Below, in pieces: positions 8,727 to 18,186 of a stretch of DNA of 47,416 nucleotides (position 1 is its first letter; the number at the start of each line of letters is the position of its first letter). The notes beneath the pieces were generated by a model. It did not search any database. It was not told the origin of the DNA and saw nothing but the letters and a program-made list of their open reading frames with translations. Position numbers and translations under genes: made by a program. The DNA lies in contig CAVUXE010000089.1 in assembly GCA_963745235.1 (NCBI GenBank), forward strand, positions 1-47,416, written 5' to 3'. The stretch comes from an uncultured Spirochaetota bacterium (lineage in GTDB: Bacteria > Spirochaetota > Spirochaetia > SZUA-6 > Fen-1364).

Positions 8727-10086
8727 GTGCCTTCACAAAAGCCTTGACGGATCTCTCCACGTCCATGGACGTGGTCATGTAGGAACAGACGCTGATCCTG
8801 ATGGCCGGCAGCCCGTTCCACTGGGTCCCCCCGCACCAGCACTCCCCCGAGCTCTGGATGTTCTGGAGCGTCGCGGTGGTAAGCGACGCGGTTCTGCAGG
8901 AAACGAGGACCTGGTTGAAGCACACATCGTTGCATATCGTGAATCCCTCCCTCCGGAGGCTGCCGGCAAACAGCGTTGCCATATCGCACAACCCATCCAC
9001 GAGCTCCGAGACTCCTTTTCGGCCCAGGTTCTTCAAGGTGGCCCACAGCTCGATCGAGCGGGCCCTGCGCGACATGTCCAGCGTGTACATCATTCCGTCT
9101 CTCTGCTCGCTGAACACGATGTACGATCCGCTCATCCGCATGGCCCCGGCAAGGGCATCACGGTCCCGGCAGAACACGACGCCGTTGTCGTACGGCGCGT
9201 TCAGCGTCTTGTGCGCGTCTGCCGACCATGAGTCGGCAAGCCCCATGCCCTGCGTGAGGTGCCTGTGGCGCGAAGAGGCCGCGGCCCAGAGGCCGAAGGC
9301 CCCGTCCACGTGGACCCAGCAGCCGGCTTCCCGGGCCTTCCCGCAGATCTCCGCAAATGGATCGAAGGAGCCGGAGCTCACATTGCCGGCCTGCAGAACC
9401 AGGAGCGTGCGACCATCCAGCCGTGGAAGGCTGTCAGGCCGCATGCGCCCCTGGCCATCCACGGGGACCGTTTCCACGCGCTCCCGTCCGAGCCCCAGGA
9501 TGGAGAGCGCCTTGGAGACCGTGGCATGAGCCTGTGCGCCCAGGACAACGCGAATCTCCGGTGCCCCGAAAAGGCCGCGAGCGCCCGCGTCCCAGCCGGC
9601 CCGCCGCAGAAGCTCGTCTCTGCCGGCCGCCAGCCCGCACAAGGTGGCCGTGGAGGTGCCGCTGACAAAGCCCGCGGCGGTCTGGTCGGGAAGGCCCAGG
9701 AGGTCCACGAGCCAGCTCTCGCACACGTTTTCCAGGACGGAGGCCACGGGGGAGATCACGTACAGCGCCGCGTTCTGGTCCCACGCGTCGGCAAGCCATT
9801 TTGCCGCGAGGCCCGCCGGGGTGATCCCTCCGTTCACGAACCCGAAATACCTGCCGCCGTTCTGGGAGACAGTGGCAGGTGATCCCACGGAGTGCAGCAT
9901 ATCGAGCACTTCCCGCGGATCCACGGGACCTTCCTGCAGCTTCTCGTTGAAAGCCTCCAGTCCCTGGATCGCCTCCGCCGGCGGATACACCCGGCGTGCC
10001 GCTGCCGTGCGCAGGTAATCCAGGGCGCGCTCCGTTGCCTTTTCGAAGAGCTCAGAGTCGCCCACGTCCTCACGAAGCCTGTCCAC
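8707..10086 (-). CDS. Group II pyridoxal-dependent decarboxylase
   Basis: RYFGFVNGG, AWDQN, WVHVDGAFG, SADAHKTLN (PLP lysine). Confidence 0.9.
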   Translation of the reverse strand: MDRLREDVGDSELFEKATERALDYLRTAAARRVYPPAEAIQGLEAFNEKLQEGPVDPREVLDMLHSVGSPATVSQNGGRYFGFVNGGITPAGLAAKWLADAWDQNAALYVISPVASVLENVCESWLVDLLGLPDQTAAGFVSGTSTATLCGLAAGRDELLRRAGWDAGARGLFGAPEIRVVLGAQAHATVSKALSILGLGRERVETVPVDGQGRMRPDSLPRLDGRTLLVLQAGNVSSGSFDPFAEICGKAREAGCWVHVDGAFGLWAAASSRHRHLTQGMGLADSWSADAHKTLNAPYDNGVVFCRDRDALAGAMRMSGSYIVFSEQRDGMMYTLDMSRRARSIELWATLKNLGRKGVSELVDGLCDMATLFAGSLRREGFTICNDVCFNQVLVSCRTASLTTATLQNIQSSGECWCGGTQWNGLPAIRISVCSYMTTSMDVERSVKAFVKARADAGD

Positions 10087-10141
10087 GCTGCCCCTCCTTT
10101 CATCACAGTGAGTTGTACCCCGACAACGCTTCCGCGCTCAA

Positions 10142-10170
10142 TTGCCGGGCACCGGTGAGTGCATTATCCT
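10142..10170 (+). promoter_or_regulatory. Sigma70-like promoter of the AraC gene
   Basis: TTGCCG-N17-TATCCT immediately before the TTG/GTG start. Confidence 0.55.
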
Positions 10171-10175
10171 AGTGC

Positions 10176-10658
10176 TTGGTGAAAGACAACCAGCAGGAGG
10201 TTACCAGCCGCGCCCTGAAGCGCGTCCTCAGGTTGATGGACGCCAGCTACAACCACAGGCTGGACATCGACACCCTCTGTGATGAGGCGCACTTCTCCCG
10301 TTTTCACTTCATCAGGATATTCCGGACGAGACTCTCGGAGACACCTCACCAGTACCTCATCCGCAAGAGGATCGACAAGGCGCGCGAGCTCCTGGCCACG
10401 ACTGGCATGTCGGTCACGGACATCTGCTTCGCGGTAGGCTTCGAGAGCCTTGGCTCCTTCAGCAGCCTTTTCCGTCGTGCGGTCGGATGGCCCCCCTCGG
10501 TCTACCGCGCCCGTTCTCTGGAGCAGCGCCGCAGCCCGCGGAAATACATCCCGGCCTGCTGCTGGACGATGTTCGGATTCGGGGAGGCGGCAGGCACAGA
10601 GGCGGCAGGCGCGGGTCGGCAGGCAAGGGCGGCAGCGGAACCGGCTTCCGCGGTTTGA
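10176..10658 (+). CDS. Short AraC-family transcriptional regulator
   Basis: AHFSRFHFIRIF...ETPHQYL; SVTDICFAVGFESLGSFSSLFRR; C-terminal IPACC. Confidence 0.9.
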   Translation: MVKDNQQEVTSRALKRVLRLMDASYNHRLDIDTLCDEAHFSRFHFIRIFRTRLSETPHQYLIRKRIDKARELLATTGMSVTDICFAVGFESLGSFSSLFRRAVGWPPSVYRARSLEQRRSPRKYIPACCWTMFGFGEAAGTEAAGAGRQARAAAEPASAV

Positions 10659-10735
10659 CGTCGGCTGAGATCAGCAATTTCGGAGAAGCCCACTGACGCC
10701 TCCTTTCGTATACTGCCTCCAGGGGGAAGGAACAC

Positions 10736-11152
10736 ATGACCGCAACGATTTCTCATATCAACCTCTTTGTCCGCGATCAGAAAAAGGCATACGAGGTCTA
10801 CGTCAACAAGCTGGGCTTCAAAGTGAACACTGACATCATCATGGACAACGGCATGCGCTGGCTGACCGTCACGCCACCGGGCTACCCGGACATCGAGATA
10901 TTGCTGGCGGAGCCGCGAACGCCCATGATGCAGCCCGATTTTGCCAGCCACGTGAAAGCCGTGCTGGATGCGGATGGAATGCCCGGCGGGGTATGGAAAA
11001 CGGACGACTGCGAGAAAGCCTACGAAGAAATGAAGAGAAAGGGCATAGAGTTCATCAAGAAGCCGACAAAAGAGTTCTACGGGATCGAGGCGCTGTTCCG
11101 TGACGGGTGCGGGAACTGGTTTTCCCTGACCGAGCGCCCGGCAAAAGAGTGA
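10736..11152 (+). CDS. VOC (glyoxalase/bleomycin resistance) family protein
   Basis: ISHINLFVRDQ..A...Y..KLGF; RWLTV; YGIEALFRDGCGNW. Confidence 0.92.
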   Translation: MTATISHINLFVRDQKKAYEVYVNKLGFKVNTDIIMDNGMRWLTVTPPGYPDIEILLAEPRTPMMQPDFASHVKAVLDADGMPGGVWKTDDCEKAYEEMKRKGIEFIKKPTKEFYGIEALFRDGCGNWFSLTERPAKE

Positions 11153-11161
11153 AGGAGCGCG

Positions 11162-12295
11162 TCAGAAGCTGACCTGAACCTCCACGCCGTATTGGAAGTC
11201 GGGGCCCGCCCAGGCCGCGCCGCTCCTGATATCCCCGCTGAAGTACCTGCCGTAGATAAGCAGGTCCGCATTCTGCACCACGTTGTAGCTGAGCTGCAGC
11301 GTGGGCAGGACCACCGAAGCGGAGATGTCCCAGATGATGCTTGCCGTGAGGCCAACCAGGTCCGTCGCCTGCCACCGGGTCATGAAGTACAGGTAGTGCT
11401 GGTTCAGGAAGAGCGCCGGCGCGTTGGCCAGGTCAAGCGGCGCGAGGCTGCCGGGCGTCGAGGGATTCCCGTTGTAGTAGTACTCCAGCGTGAAGAAATA
11501 TGCTTTCTCCACGGAATAGTCCGCGCCGAGCATGCCTTCGAAATACGTGAGCCAGGGGGAGACGATGAAATGCTGCACGGCCTCCCCATAGACCCCGAGC
11601 TCGATGTCCCCCTTGAAGTACGCACCAGCAAGCGTCTCGTTCCGCGAGCCCCGGTACATCCCGACCCCGGCAAGGTCGAAACCGGACACGTTCGTGTAGA
11701 GCTTGAGCGCCGTGCTCAGCGCGTCCAGGCTTCCCGCCAGCGTGCTGACCGCCTCCAACCCCGAGACGTCACTGAACTGCGCATCCAGCCTGACCACGTC
11801 GCTTCCCGTCCGCACGTAGTTCAGGTCGGAGAGCAGCGGGACGGTGAATGCGTCTATCGGTGAAAACAGCGTCCCGACGCCGAAGGTGATGATTTCCCGC
11901 CCCATGGAGATGTCCGCAATGGAAGTAAACACGGCGAGGTACAGTTTGCGAAGCTCCACGGTGACGGCCGCTGATCCGCCCGGTGTGACGGCCGCGAAAA
12001 GGCCGGATGTGGAAGCCTGGCTGACGGCAAGGGGGGAATAAGCGCCTGTCCATACAGTGATGATCCCGGTCCCTTCCACCTTGGCGAACTGCCTGTTGCG
12101 GTTCACCATGCTGAGGGTGAGCTCGGAAAAGCCCCCGGGTGAAATCCCCGCCGGGCTCTCGAAGGCCGTCTGAAGCGCGGAAGCATCGCCAAGGAGCGAG
12201 CCGCTGAGATCCAGCCCGCCGGTCTGAGCATGCGCGGAAAGGGTAAGCCCTGCCAGGAGGAAGGCCACGGGAACGCATCGCCTGAGGGCTTTCAA
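11162..12295 (-). CDS. Predicted outer-membrane beta-barrel protein (DUF1302-like context)
   Basis: Signal peptide; LRKLYL..., GREIITFGVG..FSPID; C-terminal YGVEVQVSF beta-signal. Confidence 0.75.
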   Translation of the reverse strand: MKALRRCVPVAFLLAGLTLSAHAQTGGLDLSGSLLGDASALQTAFESPAGISPGGFSELTLSMVNRNRQFAKVEGTGIITVWTGAYSPLAVSQASTSGLFAAVTPGGSAAVTVELRKLYLAVFTSIADISMGREIITFGVGTLFSPIDAFTVPLLSDLNYVRTGSDVVRLDAQFSDVSGLEAVSTLAGSLDALSTALKLYTNVSGFDLAGVGMYRGSRNETLAGAYFKGDIELGVYGEAVQHFIVSPWLTYFEGMLGADYSVEKAYFFTLEYYYNGNPSTPGSLAPLDLANAPALFLNQHYLYFMTRWQATDLVGLTASIIWDISASVVLPTLQLSYNVVQNADLLIYGRYFSGDIRSGAAWAGPDFQYGVEVQVSF

Positions 12296-12305
12296 TGTCC
12301 GGTCC

Positions 12306-13076
12306 TCATCTGCCCAGGTTGCGCAGGCTGAACAACGACTCGCTCACCGGCACGTCCAGCCGGACCTCCGCCATGGTGAACTGCGTGCGGGAGCCCTGCT
12401 TGAGCTGGTCTGAAATCTCCTCCTTCACGGGAAAGAAGCGGTCCCCGATCTTCTGGACGTCCAGGACCCGGCTCACCTTGAGGAGCTTCCCGCTCTTTGC
12501 GTACATCTCCTGGCGCAGTGCCACGAACCGCTCCTCATCGACCCACATCCTGCGCGTCTCGTATTGCACGTCTTTCACCGTGGCGTTCAGCGTCAGGACG
12601 TAGCACTGCCGCCCGTCCACGGTCTGTTCTCCCGAGACGGTGACGGCGTACTTCTTGAAAAGGTCGTCGCTTTCAAGGGCGTCCTGGTAGGAAACATCGC
12701 TTCCCATCATTCCTTCCTTCAGCATGTGGCCGGAGATCTTTACCGTGTCCTGCTCGGAGGGAAAGTAGATCCACAGGTTCTTGTCGATCTTGAGGAACTT
12801 CGTCCCCTTGTCCTCCGGGTTGGTGAACTCCGCCAGGGCCCTGGTGGTCCCCAGCGCAGATGCCTTCATCTCTTTGGTCCGCACGGTGTCACCCGAATAG
12901 ATGGCCAGCGTCCCGTCGTACTCGATGGACCGGTAGGCGGTATTCGCGTCCATGCGCTTGAGTATCTCATCTCCCGACAGGGTGGCCGGCGCGGCAGCGC
13001 CGGTGACCGCTCCGGCGGCAAGCAGCAGCGCCCCAACCAGAAGCGCACGCCTCACGTGCGTGCCATGTGTGCCCAT
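12306..13076 (-). CDS. Outer-membrane lipoprotein-sorting (LolA-like) protein
   Basis: EFTNPEDKGTKFLK...LWIYFPS; MMGSDVSYQD; YAKSGKLLK; FSLRNL. Confidence 0.88.
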   Translation of the reverse strand: MGTHGTHVRRALLVGALLLAAGAVTGAAAPATLSGDEILKRMDANTAYRSIEYDGTLAIYSGDTVRTKEMKASALGTTRALAEFTNPEDKGTKFLKIDKNLWIYFPSEQDTVKISGHMLKEGMMGSDVSYQDALESDDLFKKYAVTVSGEQTVDGRQCYVLTLNATVKDVQYETRRMWVDEERFVALRQEMYAKSGKLLKVSRVLDVQKIGDRFFPVKEEISDQLKQGSRTQFTMAEVRLDVPVSESLFSLRNLGR

Positions 13077-13085
13077 ATGTCTCTC

Positions 13086-14324
13086 CTACACGCTCTTGAT
13101 GGCATCAACCGCATTCATCCTGGCAGCCCGCAGGGAAGGGATGATCGATACCAGGCCTGATATCACGCTCCCAAGGACAACGATGCCCAGCGCAACGGGC
13201 ACGTCGACGGTCCAGTACAGGACGTTGTCCAGCGGGAACTCAAGGGACTTGAAATAGCTGGAGAAATCGACGCCTTTGAAGTGCAGCACCACGTTGAGCA
13301 GGAACCCAAGGCTTCCGCCAATCAGGCTGCCCCAGATCCCCAGGAAGATCCCTTCCCAGAGGAAAAGGACGAGCACCTCCGCATTTGCGAACCCCATGGA
13401 CTTGAGGATCCCGATCTCTTTCCTGCGCTCCAGCACCACCATGGTCATGATGTTCGTGATGATGAACGCTCCCAGGAAAAGGACAATCACGAACAGCACG
13501 TTGAAGATCTTCTCCTCGATCTGCATCAGGCGGCCGTAGTCCCCAATGGCCGTCCAGGGGGTCACCGCGAGGCTTGCGTCATGAAGAAGGCCGCTGATCT
13601 GCGCGGCCGCTTTCTCCGCGTCGTGATAGTCGTCCAGCATGATGATGATGGACTGGGTCCCTCCCCTGTTCGAAGAAAGGCCTTTGCGTCCAGGATCGGG
13701 ATCTGGAAGACCTTCCCGTCCAGCGTGCTCACGCCGGTCTCGAAGATTCCCGTGATCCTGAACTTCTTCAGCTGCAGGGAGCCGTCGCTTGCCTGGCTCA
13801 CCACCTTGAGGCTGTCTCCCACGGAGAGCTTCAGGTCATCCGCGAGGCCCGCCCCGATGATCGTCTGCCCGGGGCCCTCGATGTAGTGCCCGCCGGGAAG
13901 GATGGAGCGCTGCAGGTACAGCAGGCTCTCTTCGGTCTGGGGATCACCGGCAAGCGCCACGGCGCTCTTGTTGTAGCCCTTGTTTTCCAGGAGCACACCG
14001 AAGCTGATCCGTTCCGTCATGAGCTTGATCCTGCCCGCCAGCGCGGGAAAGGCCCGTGATCCGGGACTCGATCTGCTCCGGGTGAGGAATCATGGCGTCC
14101 ACCGGCAGAAGCTCGGCGCGCTGTGAGAAGTCCTTTGTCGTGATCCTGACATGCCCGGTGTCGTTCTTGGTGAAGTTCTTCACGAACGACTCCTGAAAGC
14201 CGCCAAGGAGTCCCTGCAGGAACAGGCACAGCAGGGAGGCCATGGCCACGGAAACCATTGCCAGCAGGGACCTGCGCCTGTTGCGCCAGAGATTTCGCAT
14301 CGCCATCCTGACGAGATAACCCAT
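13086..14324 (-). CDS. LolE/FtsX-like ABC permease (frameshifts near 14035 and 13640)
   Basis: MAMRNLWRNRRRSLL; ERRKEIGILKSMGF; PSLRAARMNAVDAI; spread over three ORFs. Confidence 0.85.
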
Positions 14325-14335
14325 GGCGTCCCCCT

Positions 14336-15593
14336 TCACACGAAGCGCAGCGCGGATGTGGCCGTCATGCGGGCCGCGGAGCGCGCGGGGATGGCGGCGG
14401 CGATCATTGCGATCACCATCCCGAATATCACGGCGAAAAGGATCGATCCCGGATTCCATTCTCCCCGCAGCGTTCCCCAGAATGCGAACCCGGCCCCGAC
14501 ATCGCTGCCGAACTTCTGGAGGGGGAACCCGACATAGATGGAATAGCAGTTGATGAGGATTCCCAACCCCGCCCCCAGAACGCTTCCCAGGCAGCCGATG
14601 AAGAACCCTTCCAGGATGAACATCCAGACCACCTCTTTGCCCCGGAACCCCAGCGCCTTCAGGACGCCGACTTCCCTGATCCGCTCGTACACGCTCATGA
14701 GGACCGTGTTGACGATGCCCACCGCGGCGATCAGGAGAATGAACAGCATCATCACGTACCCCCAGATGCGCTTCTGCTTCAATACGGTGAGGATCCCCTT
14801 GTTGAGATCCTGGAAGGAGTAGGGAGCCAGGGTCGGGAATGCGGCCTTGACCCCGGCGGCAACCGACGCGGAGTCCGCAAGGGTGTCGGACAGGTTCACG
14901 CGGGGCCGCAGGCGGACGTCCATCTCCGTGACGAGGCCGCCGAGGTCAAGGAAATCGTCTGCAGCGTTGAGCGTGATGAACACGGTGCCCTTGTTGAGCG
15001 TCGGGTCGCTCGTGGAGAGGAGCCCAACGATGGTGAAGTCATCCGCGTTCTGAGCCTCAAACCTGGTCGATGCCGCAAGCACCATGGTGTCACCGAGTGT
15101 CAGCCCGAGCTTGTCCGCAAGCTCCCGACCAATGATGATCTGCCGATCCGCGCCGGCCTGGGGGGTGAAATAGGAGCCGACTGACGACGTTCTTCAGGGC
15201 GAAGACTGTCGGGTCGGCTGCCGGATCCACGGCCGTTCCGATCACGTACGTCGTGTCCCGGTTGTTTCCCGCCTGGGCAAGAAACTGCGCGCGGGGGGTG
15301 ACGGCAACGACCCGTTTGTCCCTTTTCAGCCAGCTCTCGAGTGACGCAGGGTCAGGAACTCCCTTGTCCAGCGGGAACGACTCCCTGTCCGCGTCATACG
15401 CGGCGGAGAAGATCTTCACCGATGAGTCGCGGAAATTGATCAGGTCGTCCACGGAAAGACGGTCAAGACCGTTGTACAGGGAGTCCAGCGCGATGAAGAA
15501 CCCGATGCCGACCATCATCGTAACGGCCGTTATCAGGGCCCGCCGCCGGTGGCGGATGACGTTTCGAAGCGCAATCCGCAGGACGGTGCTCAT
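14336..15593 (-). CDS. LolE/FtsX-like ABC permease (frameshifted near 15090-15180)
   Basis: ALRNVIRHRRRALIT; MSVYERIREVGVLKALGF; IPARSAARM...ALRF. Confidence 0.85.
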
Positions 15594-16291
15594 GCCGCCT
15601 CCTTTCGGTCTTCGCTGACCAGTCCGTCGTGCAGGACGATCACGCGGCGCGCGTGCCTCTGAACCATGGCATCATGGGTGGAAAAGATGAACGTGGTCTG
15701 GCGCTCGCGGTTCATGGTTTCCATGAGGGACATGATCTCCTCCGCCGTTCGGGAGTCGAGGTTTGCCGTGGGCTCGTCCGCAAGGACGACAATCGGGTTC
15801 TTCACCAGCGCCCTGGCGATGGCCACCCTCTGCTCCTGGCCCCCGGAGAGCTCGCGCGGGTAACGGTCCGCCATGTCACCGAGCCCCACGGCGCTGATGA
15901 TCTCCCGGGCCCGGGATTTCATTTCACTTCTCGAGTAACGCCGCTCTATGACCATGGGAAGCTCCACGTTTTCCTGCACGGTCAGCACGGGAATGAGGTT
16001 GTACGATTGGAAAATGAAGGAGATGTTTTCCTTGCGATAGACGGAGAGCTCCGTCTCCGACATTCCCCCCAGCTCCCTGCCGTCGTACAGGACGCTTCCG
16101 CTGGAGGGGAGGTCCAGGCATCCGACAATGTTCAGCAGGGTTGTCTTGCCGCTCCCCGATGGGCCGACGATGGCAAGAAACTCGCCCTTCTGGATGCTGA
16201 GGTCGATGCCCCGCAGCGCTTCCACGCTGCGCTGGGCCTTGGTGTACGATTTGCGGACGCCTTCAAGCTTGAGAATCGCTCCCATGGTCAT
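15590..16291 (-). CDS. LolD/MacB-type ABC ATP-binding protein
   Basis: GPSGSGKT, LSGGQEQR, VLADEPTANLD, STHD. Confidence 0.95.
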   Translation of the reverse strand: MTMGAILKLEGVRKSYTKAQRSVEALRGIDLSIQKGEFLAIVGPSGSGKTTLLNIVGCLDLPSSGSVLYDGRELGGMSETELSVYRKENISFIFQSYNLIPVLTVQENVELPMVIERRYSRSEMKSRAREIISAVGLGDMADRYPRELSGGQEQRVAIARALVKNPIVVLADEPTANLDSRTAEEIMSLMETMNRERQTTFIFSTHDAMVQRHARRVIVLHDGLVSEDRKEAA

Positions 16292-16345
16292 TTCCCTTCA
16301 TTCCTTTCGGGCCTTTCAGCCCTTTCAGCCTTTCAGCCCGCGCAT
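16290..16345 (-). repeat. Degenerate 9-bp tandem repeat (GGCTGAAAG-like)
   Basis: Plus strand CCTTTCGGG CCTTTCAGC CCTTTCAGC CTTTCAGC at the 3' end of the regulator gene. Confidence 0.7.
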
Positions 16346-16648
16346 GAGACGCTCCATCTCTTTCAGGTACTCCGTGAGCGCCCGCGACCCTTTTGCCGTC
16401 AGACTGACGGCCGTATTGGGCTTGTTGCCGACAAAGCTCTTTGCAATCTTCACGTACCCTGCTCCCGCAAGCGTCCGAAGCTGGATGGAAAGGTTCCCGG
16501 CAGAGAGCTCCAGCTTCTCCCGCAGCTCGGGAAAGCTCACCGACGCCCTGCTGCTGGAGGACAGGTAGGCAAGGATAATGAGGCGAGCCCGCTCGTGGAT
16601 CACCTTGTCCAGGCGCGGGCTGCGCTTCGATCCCTCCCCGTCACTCAT
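16325..16648 (-). CDS. Winged-helix transcriptional regulator (HTH_34, MarR/ArsR-like)
   Basis: LDKVIHERARLIILAYL; LSAGNLSIQLRTL; KSFVGNKPNT...LT.KG..AL.EY. Confidence 0.9.
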   Translation of the reverse strand: MSDGEGSKRSPRLDKVIHERARLIILAYLSSSSRASVSFPELREKLELSAGNLSIQLRTLAGAGYVKIAKSFVGNKPNTAVSLTAKGSRALTEYLKEMERLMRGLKG

Positions 16649-17318
16649 CGCCGCGCAACCCGCCGCGCCGCCTGATCACCTCCGAAACGATGGCGTACGC
16701 GATGCTTCCCCCGCCGAAACAGATGGCGATCCACAGGGATGCGGATATCCCCGGGACCAGGATGCTCAGCGCCCCGGTCACGAGCATCCAATACCCTCCG
16801 ACGTAGAACTCCGGCATGTGAACGGCAAAGCCGAGCAGGTTGAGCGTCAGCCCGAACCACCCCGCCCACACGGCGACAAGAAAGAAGCCCAGCCCGAGGT
16901 GGGACAGGTACACGGACAACGCCGCCGCAACCAGGCACAGGGGGCCATAGACGTGCATGAACTCTCCGATGGAGTGGTCCCCCAGGAGGGACCACAGGGT
17001 GAGCCGCGGGTCGATGTCCCTGACGGTTTGCAGGACGCCGCGCACCCTGTACGCATAGATGGAAACGCTCACCACCGCCGCGATGACCCAGAACACCGTC
17101 CTGACGGCACCGGGGATGGCCGCATACCCGCGGTAGCCGCGCACAAGGAAGTGCATGACGACGGAGAAGATGATCACCGCCACGCCAAAAGCCACGACGT
17201 GCAGCCAGTAGTATCGGGCGCTCACGATCTCCCGAAGCACCGGGCTGTTTCTCTGCACGGCGGCCTTGATCTCGTCGATGTCCCGCAAAAGACGGGCAAT
17301 CCTGTGCTTGTCACGCAT
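16641..17318 (-). CDS. Hypothetical multi-pass membrane protein
   Basis: About 6 hydrophobic segments; overlaps the regulator start; GGAG before ATG 17318. Confidence 0.8.
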   Translation of the reverse strand: MRDKHRIARLLRDIDEIKAAVQRNSPVLREIVSARYYWLHVVAFGVAVIIFSVVMHFLVRGYRGYAAIPGAVRTVFWVIAAVVSVSIYAYRVRGVLQTVRDIDPRLTLWSLLGDHSIGEFMHVYGPLCLVAAALSVYLSHLGLGFFLVAVWAGWFGLTLNLLGFAVHMPEFYVGGYWMLVTGALSILVPGISASLWIAICFGGGSIAYAIVSEVIRRRGGLRGDE

Positions 17319-17336
17319 TGCAAGCTCCATAAATAA

Positions 17337-17377
17337 GTTTATGTCATAAACCTAAAGGGAAATGAGGACACTGTCAA
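17337..17377 (-). promoter_or_regulatory. Sigma70 promoter with overlapping palindromic operator
   Basis: Minus strand TTGACA(17377-17372)-N17-TAGGTT(17354-17349); perfect inverted repeat GTTTATG-T-CATAAAC at 17337-17351. Confidence 0.8.
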
Positions 17378-17492
17378 GTCAAGAAAGTGCTAAGAAAGCG
17401 GGGAGCCGGGATGACGAGGAAGAACGGCGGGGAGGGAGCGGGGATGAAGATGTGCGGGGCCGCGGCAGCCGTCGGCGCGGCGGCCCAGAGGC

Positions 17493-18128
17493 TCAGTTGA
17501 ACATGTCGATGACGTCCTGCTTCTTCTTGGCCTTCTCGTACCCGCCGTCCACGGCGTCTTCCCGCAGCAGGTCGCTGAAGGTGAGGGCCTGGTCATCAGT
17601 CAGGACCAGGGAGTCCCGTCCGTAGACAAGGAAGAATGCCCTCAGCATGAAGACAGGCGAAGGCCGCAAGGTCAGGAAAAAGCTCTGGTTGCCGTTGTCG
17701 TCCACCCGCGAGGTGAAGACCAGCGAGATCTCGCGGTCCCCCGCGTCATGCCACTCCCCGTCCTGGTAGTACATCTGCTGCAGCTCGAGGGTGGAGATGG
17801 TCTTCGTGATCTGGGTCTGGTTCTCCTGGGCAATGCCCTTCCAGTTCTCGTATTTCTCGAATGCCGCCCGCATGGCGTCACGGGCGGGACCGTCCAGGAG
17901 GAGCGCGTAGCGGGTGGGATACCGGTAGGCCTTGTTCTGGATGGCGACAACCGAGATGCCGGGGTCATCGCTGAAGGCAAGGAACTGGATCAGATCCTTG
18001 TCGGTCTCTATCCTGCCGTACTCAGCCTGCTGGCCGCTGGGGACGCTCTTCCAGGGCGGCATGGTCCCGCATCCGGCAAGCGCGGCGACAAACGCGGCGG
18101 CCGCCAGCGCCATCATCGGCTTTGTCAT
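17493..18128 (-). CDS. Hypothetical lipoprotein
   Basis: GGAGG RBS; MTKPMMALAAAAFVAALAGC lipobox. Confidence 0.8.
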   Translation of the reverse strand: MTKPMMALAAAAFVAALAGCGTMPPWKSVPSGQQAEYGRIETDKDLIQFLAFSDDPGISVVAIQNKAYRYPTRYALLLDGPARDAMRAAFEKYENWKGIAQENQTQITKTISTLELQQMYYQDGEWHDAGDREISLVFTSRVDDNGNQSFFLTLRPSPVFMLRAFFLVYGRDSLVLTDDQALTFSDLLREDAVDGGYEKAKKKQDVIDMFN

Positions 18129-18186
18129 TTCCAGTCCTCCGTTTCCCCAATGAAAACAACCGAGTGAGGCAAAAATGTCACCCCGT

